Source: Candidatus Obscuribacterales bacterium (GTDB lineage: Bacteria; Cyanobacteriota; Vampirovibrionia; Obscuribacterales; Obscuribacteraceae). From it: DNA of 64,000 bases. The DNA lies in contig CBDDIJ010000002.1 of the NCBI GenBank assembly GCA_965228855.1, forward strand, positions 1-64,000. Reading direction: 5' to 3'. A program made the position numbers and the translations under genes. This document shows positions 21,397 through 28,986 of this stretch, piece by piece. Each line of letters starts with the position of its first letter. Position 1 is the first letter of the stretch. Below the pieces are notes generated by a model that searched no databases, was not told the origin of the DNA, and saw nothing but the letters and a program-made list of their open reading frames with translations.

Positions 21397-22212
21397 ATGG
21401 CTTCGACGGACAAGGGCAAGATCTTCCGCGCGCTGCACACCGGGCGCAGCGCCTTCATCATTCCCAACCCGTGGGACATCGGCACCGCGAAGCTGCTGGC
21501 TTCCTTCGGGTTCAAGGCGCTGGCGACCACCAGCGCCGGCTTCGCCTTCTCGCGCGGCCTGCAGGATGGCGGCGTGGGCTTCGAGGCGATGATCCATCAC
21601 TGCCGCGAGGTCGCCGGCGCGACCGACCTGCCGGTTTCGGCGGACCTCGAAAAAGGCAAGGGCGACAGCGCCGAGAGCGCCGCCGAGACGATCTTCGCGG
21701 CGGAAGCGGCGGGGCTGGCCGGCTGTTCGATCGAAGACCACTCCGGCGACCCGGACGATCCGATCTACGATTTTTCCCACGCGGTCGAGCGGGTTGCGGC
21801 GGCGGTCGAGGCGGCGCGCTCGCTGAAGCGCGATTTCGTGTTCACGGCGCGGGCCGAAAACTTCCTGTGGGGACGCAACGACATCGACGACACGATCAAG
21901 CGCCTGCGCGCGTTCGAGGAAGCCGGCGCCGACGTGCTCTACGCGCCGGGCCTGACCGACGTCGAGACGGTGCGCATCATCTGCGACGCGGTCGGCAAGC
22001 CGGTCAACGTGCTGGCCGTGCCGGGCTTCACCGTCGCCGACCTGGCCCAGGCCGGCGCCAAGCGCATCTCGCTCGGCTCCAAGCTCACCACCTTCGCTTT
22101 CGGCATGCTGCAGACCGCCGCCCGGGAAATGCTGGAGGACGGCACCTTCGGCTTCTCGCGCGCCGGCATGCCGTTCGCCAAGGCGCAGGCGCTGTTCGGC
22201 AAGAAAGACTAG
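21397..22212 (+). CDS. Isocitrate lyase/PEP mutase family protein
   Basis: PNPWDIGTA, ALATTSAG, LPVSADLE, GCSIED, TARAE, AGADVLYAPG. Confidence 0.92.
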   Translation: MASTDKGKIFRALHTGRSAFIIPNPWDIGTAKLLASFGFKALATTSAGFAFSRGLQDGGVGFEAMIHHCREVAGATDLPVSADLEKGKGDSAESAAETIFAAEAAGLAGCSIEDHSGDPDDPIYDFSHAVERVAAAVEAARSLKRDFVFTARAENFLWGRNDIDDTIKRLRAFEEAGADVLYAPGLTDVETVRIICDAVGKPVNVLAVPGFTVADLAQAGAKRISLGSKLTTFAFGMLQTAAREMLEDGTFGFSRAGMPFAKAQALFGKKD

Positions 22213-23220
22213 ATGTCCGACAGCTTGACCGTCATCGACATGCACACCGGCGGCGAGCCGGTGCGCATCGTCACCGGCGGCTATCCGCCGATCCCCAAGG
22301 GCACGATCCTCGAAAAACGCGCCTGGGTGCGCGACAATCTCGACCACCTGCGCAAGCTGCTGATGTTCGAGCCGCGCGGCCATTACGACATGTACGGCGC
22401 GCTGCTGGTCGAGCCGGACCTGCCCGGCGCCGACCTCGCCGTGCTGTTCATGCACAATGAGGGCTATTCGACGATGTGCGGCCATGCGGTGATCGCGCTC
22501 GGCCGCTACGCCGTCGACCAGGGCATGGTGGCGGCGGCCGAACCGGTCACCACGGTCAACATCGAATGCCCGTGCGGCATGGTCGTCGCCTCGGTCGCGG
22601 TGAAGGACTGCAAGGCCGGCGCGGTGTCGTTCGAGAGCGTGCCGTCTTTCCTGTTCGCGCGCGACCGGCAGGTGGACCTGCCTGGCTACGGCCGAATAAT
22701 GTTCGATGTAGCTTACGGAGGCGCCTTCTACGCGCTGGCCGACTGCGGGCAGTTCGGGCTGGCGTTCGGCCGCGACCGGGCGCGCGACTTCGTCGATGCC
22801 GCGACCGCGCTGACCGAGCTGCTGAAGCGCGAGATGCCGCTGTCGCATCCCGACGCCGCGGATCTTGGCTTTCTCTACGGCACCATCCTGACCGACGGCG
22901 GAAATGGAAGCGGTGGCTTACCGACAAAAAACGTCTGCGTCTTCGCCGATGCCGAGGTGGACCGTTCGCCGACCGGCTCTGGTGTCACCGCGCGGCTCGC
23001 CGCGATGTTCGCGAAGGGCCAGGCCGCGGTCGGCGAGGAGCGGTTGTTCGAGAGCATCGTCGGCTCGCGTTTCACCGGATCGGTGGCGCGGCGGGTGACG
23101 CTGGCCGACGGCCGCGACGGCATCGTCGCCCGCATCGGCGGCCGCGCCTACTACAGTGGCAAGGCGGAATACTGGCTTGAGGACGGCGACGAACTCGGCC
23201 GGGGATTCCTGGTGCGATGA
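22213..23220 (+). CDS. Proline racemase family protein, trans-3-hydroxy-L-proline dehydratase type (Cys/Thr)
   Basis: VIDMHTGGEP, EPRGH, MCGH and DRSPTGSG (Thr replaces the second Cys). Confidence 0.85.
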   Translation: MSDSLTVIDMHTGGEPVRIVTGGYPPIPKGTILEKRAWVRDNLDHLRKLLMFEPRGHYDMYGALLVEPDLPGADLAVLFMHNEGYSTMCGHAVIALGRYAVDQGMVAAAEPVTTVNIECPCGMVVASVAVKDCKAGAVSFESVPSFLFARDRQVDLPGYGRIMFDVAYGGAFYALADCGQFGLAFGRDRARDFVDAATALTELLKREMPLSHPDAADLGFLYGTILTDGGNGSGGLPTKNVCVFADAEVDRSPTGSGVTARLAAMFAKGQAAVGEERLFESIVGSRFTGSVARRVTLADGRDGIVARIGGRAYYSGKAEYWLEDGDELGRGFLVR

Positions 23221-23476
23221 GGCGTCGAGCCCACGCGAGGTCCATGCGTACCGGCGTCTTTGCCGGGAGATCCGCAGTGCTTTCGCCGGAGCGCCGGTTG
23301 GACCTATTCTGAACTTTGACGGGTGTTCTAAGGTCGACGACAGTGAGCCATCCAGTTGACGGTGCGCCATCGCGAATGACAACCGATCACGAATTTTGAT
23401 CAATCCGATCTCCAAAGTGAACTTTTCCGATGGTCCACCGGTGCGCTACAAGCACCCCGACACGGAAAGACCGACC

Positions 23477-24094
23477 ATGACGCTTGCAGGCTTCATTGCA
23501 TACAGCGGCGCGCTGGCGCTGGCCGCGGCCATTCCCGGCCCCGGCATCACGGCGCTGGTGGCGCGGGCGTTGGGTTCGGGTTTCCGCTCGTCGCTGTTCA
23601 TGGCGCTCGGCCTTGTCGTCGGCGACCTGACCTACCTGACCGCGGTGGTGCTTGGCCTCGCCTTCGTCGCGCAGACCTTCGGCACGGTCTTCCTGGTGAT
23701 CAAATGGGTCGGCGTTGGCTACCTCGCCTGGCTGGCATGGACGTTCTGGAGCTCCGGCATCACGGCGGAGAACGTCGAGGCACGCAAGGCCAGGGGCGGA
23801 CTGTTCGCCAGCTTCCTCTCGGGCCTGACCGTAACGCTCGGCAACCCGAAGACGATGATCTTCTACATGGCGATCACGCCGACCATCGTCGACCTGGCGG
23901 CGATCACGCCGGGCGACTACGGACTGCTGGTCGTCTGCACCGTGCTGGTTTTGCTGATCGTGCTGATCCCCTACCTGGTGCTCGCGGCAAAGGCGCGCTG
24001 GTTCCTGAAGACGCCGCGCGCCCTGAAGGCACTCAACCGCACCGCTGCGGTTTTCCTGGCGGGCGCGGCGGCGGCGATCGCGGCGCGCCAGTAG
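23477..24094 (+). CDS. LysE family translocator
   Basis: IPGPG, LGNPK, hydrophobic helices. Confidence 0.92.
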   Translation: MTLAGFIAYSGALALAAAIPGPGITALVARALGSGFRSSLFMALGLVVGDLTYLTAVVLGLAFVAQTFGTVFLVIKWVGVGYLAWLAWTFWSSGITAENVEARKARGGLFASFLSGLTVTLGNPKTMIFYMAITPTIVDLAAITPGDYGLLVVCTVLVLLIVLIPYLVLAAKARWFLKTPRALKALNRTAAVFLAGAAAAIAARQ

Positions 24095-24107
24095 GCGAAG
24101 CGCGACC

Positions 24108-25511
24108 TCAGAGCTGGGATTCGATCGGTAGCCAGCGGATCACGCTGGCGACGAGCCGGCGATAGATGCCGGCCTCCGGCTCGCTGGAGAACTGTTCGAC
24201 CGCATCGTCCAGAGCTCCTTCCCAACGCAGCCGGTTCCGCTTGAGGAACAGGCGATAGCTCGTCTGCGGACTTATCTCCTTGCGGAAGCGGCGATGCATC
24301 TCCGCGGCGAGGTGTACATCGTCGAAGATGATTCCCATCTCGGCGTTGAGCGAGGCGGATCGCGGGTCGAAGTTGAACGATCCGACGAAACCTTTCGCAC
24401 CGTCAACGACGAAAGCTTTGGTGTGCAGGCTGGCGCCCTTCGAGCCGAAGACCGAAATGCGCTGCTTGCCGCCGAAAGGCTGCAGTTCGAACAACTTCAC
24501 GCCGGCCTTCAGCAGCGCCACGCGGTAGTTGGCGTATGCGCCATGCACGGCGGCGACATCGGTGGCGGCGAGCGAATTGGTGAGCACTGTGACGTCGACC
24601 CCGTGGCCGATGAGGTCGACCAGCGCGGCCAGCCCCTTGCGGCCGGGGATGAAGTAGGGCGAGACAATCTCGACGCTGGTCCTGCTGTCGCGGATGATCG
24701 GCAGCAGCTCCTTGGTGAGCCAGTTGCGCCGGCGCCTGCCGAGCACCTTTTCCGGCGGATCGGCGACCACGCGGGCAGATCCGATCCAGTGGATGTCGCC
24801 GGCGGCGATGAACTCGTCGATCGACTGTTTGCCGCGCAGCCGCTCGACAGTGTCCTCGCCGTCCGCTGGCGGGTCGATCACGACCGGAAGCCGCCTCGCC
24901 CGCTTCGGGTGGAGGCGATGGACCGGCCAGGCGGCCTTGCAGTTCCAGTAGGCTTCGAAGATGGCCGAGGTCTCATCGACGCCCTGGCCCAGCAGAAGCA
25001 CGTCGAGATCGCGAAAATTGGTATCGGCGGCGTCGAAATAGGCGTCGCCGATGTTGCGGCCGCCGACGATGGCCAGCCTGCCGTCGGCGATCCACGCCTT
25101 GGTGTGCATGCGGCGCGTCATGGCGAACATCCGCGCCACCAGTTCGAGACCGCGGAACAGGCTGCCGTTGCGCATGCCGCTCGGGTTGAACAGGCGAAGC
25201 TCGATGTTCGGATGGCTGTTCAGCGACAGGTAGACCCGGTCGCTCGACTGCGGGTTGATGTCGTCGATCAGCATCCTGACGCGGACGCCGCGCTCCGCCG
25301 CCGCCAGCACCTCGCGCATCAGCAGCCTGCCGGTGCGGTCGTCGTGCCAGAGGTAATACATGAGGTCGAGGGTGCGTTCGGCGGCGCGCGCCGACAGCAC
25401 CCGCGCGGCGAACGCGTCATTGTTGTCGGCGATCAGCAGCAACCCGTGCTGCCCCGCCCTCAACTGGTCCTTCGTCGCCAGCGTGACCGCTGCGTCCATC
25501 CCGAATCCCAA
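24108..25511 (-). CDS. Phospholipase D family protein (ClsC-like)
   Basis: RRMHTKAWIAD..GGRNIG and SLHTKAFVVD..GSFNFDPRS HKD motifs; true start may be ATG 25499. Confidence 0.92.
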   Translation of the reverse strand: MGFGMDAAVTLATKDQLRAGQHGLLLIADNNDAFAARVLSARAAERTLDLMYYLWHDDRTGRLLMREVLAAAERGVRVRMLIDDINPQSSDRVYLSLNSHPNIELRLFNPSGMRNGSLFRGLELVARMFAMTRRMHTKAWIADGRLAIVGGRNIGDAYFDAADTNFRDLDVLLLGQGVDETSAIFEAYWNCKAAWPVHRLHPKRARRLPVVIDPPADGEDTVERLRGKQSIDEFIAAGDIHWIGSARVVADPPEKVLGRRRRNWLTKELLPIIRDSRTSVEIVSPYFIPGRKGLAALVDLIGHGVDVTVLTNSLAATDVAAVHGAYANYRVALLKAGVKLFELQPFGGKQRISVFGSKGASLHTKAFVVDGAKGFVGSFNFDPRSASLNAEMGIIFDDVHLAAEMHRRFRKEISPQTSYRLFLKRNRLRWEGALDDAVEQFSSEPEAGIYRRLVASVIRWLPIESQL

Positions 25512-25553
25512 CGGCTTCCCGCCGCGAAGCGGCGGATCGATACCAATAACTGT

Positions 25554-26375
25554 TCAGGCGAAATCCGGTTGCGCGCCGATGTGATGAATTCTTTCCATGT
25601 TGAGGCGGGCCTTGATCGGCAGATGGTCGGAAGCGATGCGCGCCAGTGGCGTCTGGTGGACCTCGATCGACGAGATCAGGCTGGGCGGCCGGGCGAGGAT
25701 GCGGTCGAGCGCGAACAGCGGGAAGCGTGACGGAAAACTCGGCACCACGGCGTGCACCGGCCCGAAATGCGGCAGCAGATCCAGCAGCGACGAGCGGTTG
25801 CTCACCCGCCATTCGTTGAGGTCGCCAAGCAGGATGGTGGGCTTCAGCACGGATTTCGCGGCATCGAGCAGCGTCTTGGCCTGCTGCGAGCGCGACCGGC
25901 GGAAAAGCCCGAAATGCGCGGCAATGATGCGCAACGGCGCACCTTTCAATTCGAGGTCGACGATGAGGGCGCCGCGTGGCTCTAGCCCGGGCAACTGGAG
26001 CTGCCGGACGTCCTGGACGATGCCGTTGCGGGCGAGGATGATGTTGCCGTGCCAGCCATGGCTGCGGCTGTTCTGCGGCGTGTGGACGCTGACCAGATTT
26101 GTCGCCTTCTCCAGAGCGGCAAGATCGAGCAGGCCCTGCCGTTCGCCCAGCCGCTCGTCGGCCTCCTGCAACGCGATCAGATCGGCATCGATCTCGCCCA
26201 CCACCCGCGCGATGCGATCCGGGTCGAATCGGCCGTCGGTGCCGACACATTTGTGGACGTTGTACGAAGCGATCGTCGTGCACGTCGCCTCGTCGTGGAA
26301 ATGAATGGACTTCGGGGCTTCCTTGCGCAGCGCGGCGATGAGCGACTTCGGAAGGGTCTCGGTTCTGCTTCGCAT
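25554..26375 (-). CDS. Endonuclease/exonuclease/phosphatase family protein
   Basis: SYNVH, LIALQEAD, GDLNEW, LDRI, ASDHLP. Confidence 0.92.
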   Translation of the reverse strand: MRSRTETLPKSLIAALRKEAPKSIHFHDEATCTTIASYNVHKCVGTDGRFDPDRIARVVGEIDADLIALQEADERLGERQGLLDLAALEKATNLVSVHTPQNSRSHGWHGNIILARNGIVQDVRQLQLPGLEPRGALIVDLELKGAPLRIIAAHFGLFRRSRSQQAKTLLDAAKSVLKPTILLGDLNEWRVSNRSSLLDLLPHFGPVHAVVPSFPSRFPLFALDRILARPPSLISSIEVHQTPLARIASDHLPIKARLNMERIHHIGAQPDFA

Positions 26376-26410
26376 CGTGTCCGGGAGATAATGAGGCAGC
26401 GGCTGAAATC

Positions 26411-26435
26411 AACGGAGAAGGTCGGTCGGAGTTCC
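26411..26435 (-). promoter_or_regulatory. Sigma-EcfG (general stress) promoter for the EEP-PLD operon
   Basis: Minus strand GGAAC-TCCGACCGACCTTCTC-CGTT (N16). Confidence 0.75.
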
Positions 26436-26503
26436 ATTGGCCGTCGGCAATCGACGCGTTCGGCCATCCGGGAGCACCAAGGTACAAATTTCTGCCGTCG
26501 AGA

Positions 26504-26528
26504 GGAACACGTTTGATGTGACGGAGTT
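26504..26528 (+). promoter_or_regulatory. Sigma-EcfG-type promoter
   Basis: GGAAC-N16-AGTT upstream of the small protein and membrane protein. Confidence 0.6.
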
Positions 26529-26657
26529 GTGACCCGTCAACACCCCTTTCCGAAACGCGTCCAGCGGAGCCGGCCATGACCGAGAAAACCCATCCACGAC
26601 CATCCAACCATCCCGCCGCGGCCACGACCGCGCCAAACCGCTACCGGGGAGGCTGAA

Positions 26658-26735
26658 ATGGGACGCGGCATCCTCCTCTGGCTGCTCGGGATTCCGATCC
26701 CGATCATCATCCTCATCCTGCTTTTCGTACGATAG
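26658..26735 (+). CDS. 25-aa small membrane protein
   Basis: GGAGG RBS; MGRGILLWLLGIPIPIIILILLFVR*; stop overlaps the next gene's RBS. Confidence 0.75.
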   Translation: MGRGILLWLLGIPIPIIILILLFVR

Positions 26736-26744
26736 GAGGCCGTC

Positions 26745-27629
26745 ATGGCATCTACAGACGCCGTCGTGATATCTCCAACCGTCGTTCCCGAGGAATCCCG
26801 CTCGACCGGGGTATCATGGGGCCCGATCATCGCCGGGGCGCTGGTCGCCTCCACCGCTACCGTCATCCTGATGCTGGTCGGTTCGGGCCTCGGCCTGACG
26901 ATGGTTTCGCCATGGTCGGGGGAGAGCGCGTCGCTGACCACCTTCGCCGCCACCACCGCGGTATGGCTGGTCGTCGTGCAATGGCTTTCGTCGGGGCTCG
27001 GCGGCTACATCGCCGGCCGGATGCGGACCAAATGGGTGGCGCTGCGCACCGACGAGGTGTTCTTCCGTGATACCGCGCACGGCCTGCTGGCCTGGGCGCT
27101 CGCTACCCTGCTTGTCGCTGGCGTGTTCGCCTCGACGATCAGCACCGCGATCGGCACCGGCGTGCAGGCAGCTTCGACCGTGGCATCGGGCGCCGCAGTC
27201 GGTGCCGCGGCAAATGCAGGCGACGCAGGCGGCGCGGACATGTATTTCGTCGACGCACTGTTCCGCGCGCCTGCCGGAGCTTCGGTCCCCGACGACGGCG
27301 AAACCGCAGCCGCGCAAGCTTCGCGCATCCTCGTCGCCAGCGCAGCCACCGGCTCGGTGGCGGCCGACGACCAGGCCTATCTGGCGCAGCTGGTCAGCGC
27401 CCGCACCGGCCTCTCCGAAGCCGATGCCCAGGCACGGGTGACGGAGGTGCTGACCCGCGTTGAAGCCGCAAAGGTCGAGGCCCAGAAAGCTGCCGACACG
27501 GCTCGCAAGGCCGGCGCGACAGCGGCACTGGTCGGCGCGCTCGCCATGCTGATCGGCGCGTTCATAGCCAGCGCCAGCGCGGCGATGGGCGGCCGGTTGC
27601 GCGACGACCTCGACGCGCTGCCAGGCTGA
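26745..27629 (+). CDS. Conserved membrane protein
   Basis: GVSWGPIIAGA, GGYIAGRMRTKW, DEVFFRDTAHGLLAWA; several TM helices. Confidence 0.85.
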   Translation: MASTDAVVISPTVVPEESRSTGVSWGPIIAGALVASTATVILMLVGSGLGLTMVSPWSGESASLTTFAATTAVWLVVVQWLSSGLGGYIAGRMRTKWVALRTDEVFFRDTAHGLLAWALATLLVAGVFASTISTAIGTGVQAASTVASGAAVGAAANAGDAGGADMYFVDALFRAPAGASVPDDGETAAAQASRILVASAATGSVAADDQAYLAQLVSARTGLSEADAQARVTEVLTRVEAAKVEAQKAADTARKAGATAALVGALAMLIGAFIASASAAMGGRLRDDLDALPG

Positions 27630-27664
27630 CGGAGGGGCTCGTTTTCGGCCGCGCGAAAAGGATT

Positions 27665-27688
27665 GAACCGTTCGCGCCGCCGCACGTT
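27665..27688 (+). promoter_or_regulatory. Sigma-EcfG-type promoter of csbD
   Basis: (T)GAAC-N16-CGTT, 32 bp upstream of the csbD ATG. Confidence 0.65.
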
Positions 27689-27720
27689 AACCCATCATCA
27701 CGACAACACAGGAGACCACC

Positions 27721-27924
27721 ATGGATTGGAACCGCGTTGAAGGTAACTGGAAGCAGGTCAAGGGCAAGGTCAAGGAACAGTGGGGCAAGCTCACCGACGA
27801 CGACCTCGACGTGATTTCCGGCAAGCGCGACCAGCTGGAAGGCAAGATCCAGGAGCGTTACGGCATCGAGAAGGACCGCGTCCGCCGCGATGTCGACGAC
27901 TGGTACGGCCGCCAGGGCTGGTAA
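27721..27924 (+). CDS. csbD: CsbD family general stress protein
   Basis: MDWNRVEGNWKQVKGKVKEQWGKLTDDDL..GKRDQLEGKIQERYG. Confidence 0.95.
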   Translation: MDWNRVEGNWKQVKGKVKEQWGKLTDDDLDVISGKRDQLEGKIQERYGIEKDRVRRDVDDWYGRQGW

Positions 27925-27940
27925 CACAGTTTGCATGGAA

Positions 27941-27969
27941 CAGAAGGCCCGCCATCGGCGGGCCTTCTG
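27941..27969 (+). terminator. Hairpin downstream of csbD
   Basis: CAGAAGGCCCGCC-ATC-GGCGGGCCTTCTG perfect 13-bp stem; no clear U-tract. Confidence 0.55.
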
Positions 27970-28007
27970 CCGTTGGATTGCCGCGCCCTTCCCTCCACGA
28001 GGTTGCC

Positions 28008-28718
28008 ATGGACGAACCCGTCGTCGCCTTCGATCTCGGCCGCATGCTGCTTGGCCGGGAACCGCCGCTGTTCCTGCTCGAGATCGCGCTTCGCACCATC
28101 ATCATCTACGGCTACACGCTGTTCCTGATCCGCTGGCTCGGCAGCCGCTCGATCGGCCAGCTGTCGCTGGTGGAGTTCCTGCTGGTCATCGCACTCGGCT
28201 CGGCCGTAGGCGATGCGATGTTCTATCCGAATGTTCCGCTCCTCCACGCGATGGTCGTGATTACCGTGGTGGTGGTGCTCGACAAGGTGCTGAGCTACGT
28301 GGTGTCGCGCAACAGCACGATGGAGGACACGATCGAGGGCGAAAGCGTCGCGGTGGTCAGGGACGGGCTGATCGACTGGCGCCAGCTCGAAAAGATGAAT
28401 GTCGGCCACGACGAACTGTTCGAGCAACTGCGGCTGAAAAAGATCGAACATCTCGGCCAGGTACGGGCTGCCTATTTCGAGACCAACGGCCTGCTGTCGG
28501 TGTTCACCCGCCCCGAGAAAAAGCAGGTTCCCGGACTGTCGATAGAACCACCATGGGACGTCGCCAAACCAGCCAGGCTGAAAGCCGGCGAGGCGGTTTC
28601 AGTGGCCGGCAGACTGGCTTGCGCCCGGTGCGCGGAAGTCATCGACGTGGGCGACAAGGGCGTGGTGCCGGAGTGTCCGCGCTGTGGCGACGGAAAATGG
28701 CACCGGCTCGGGGACTAG
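28008..28718 (+). CDS. DUF421 (YetF-like) membrane protein with C-terminal Zn-ribbon
   Basis: GSRSIGQLS, IALGSAVGDAMFY, AYFETNG; CARC...CPRCG. Confidence 0.85.
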   Translation: MDEPVVAFDLGRMLLGREPPLFLLEIALRTIIIYGYTLFLIRWLGSRSIGQLSLVEFLLVIALGSAVGDAMFYPNVPLLHAMVVITVVVVLDKVLSYVVSRNSTMEDTIEGESVAVVRDGLIDWRQLEKMNVGHDELFEQLRLKKIEHLGQVRAAYFETNGLLSVFTRPEKKQVPGLSIEPPWDVAKPARLKAGEAVSVAGRLACARCAEVIDVGDKGVVPECPRCGDGKWHRLGD

Positions 28719-28772
28719 ATGCACCTGAAACATGTCCGGCACCGCTGTCGCGGAAAGATGAGGATATACCTC

Positions 28773-28875
28773 GCCGTCATTCTCGGCCCTGTGCCGAGAA
28801 TCTGCCGCCATCGCACATGTGGCGAAACCACCCTTTGAACTCGCAGATCCCTGGGACGAGCCCAAGGATGACGGC
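28773..28875. repeat. Inverted REP-like doublet (family D)
   Basis: GCCGTCATTCTCGGCCCTGTGCCGAGAATCTGC ... GCAGATCCCTGGGACGAGCCCAAGGATGACGGC. Confidence 0.7.
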
Positions 28876-28986
28876 CGCGCACATATGCGCCTGCCCCGCA
28901 TCGGCGTGAAACGCTTGCCCGCCATGCGCGCATCGGCGCATAAAAGGCGGCTCGGCAACGCCGCCGGGCGAGAGCGGACCACCCGC

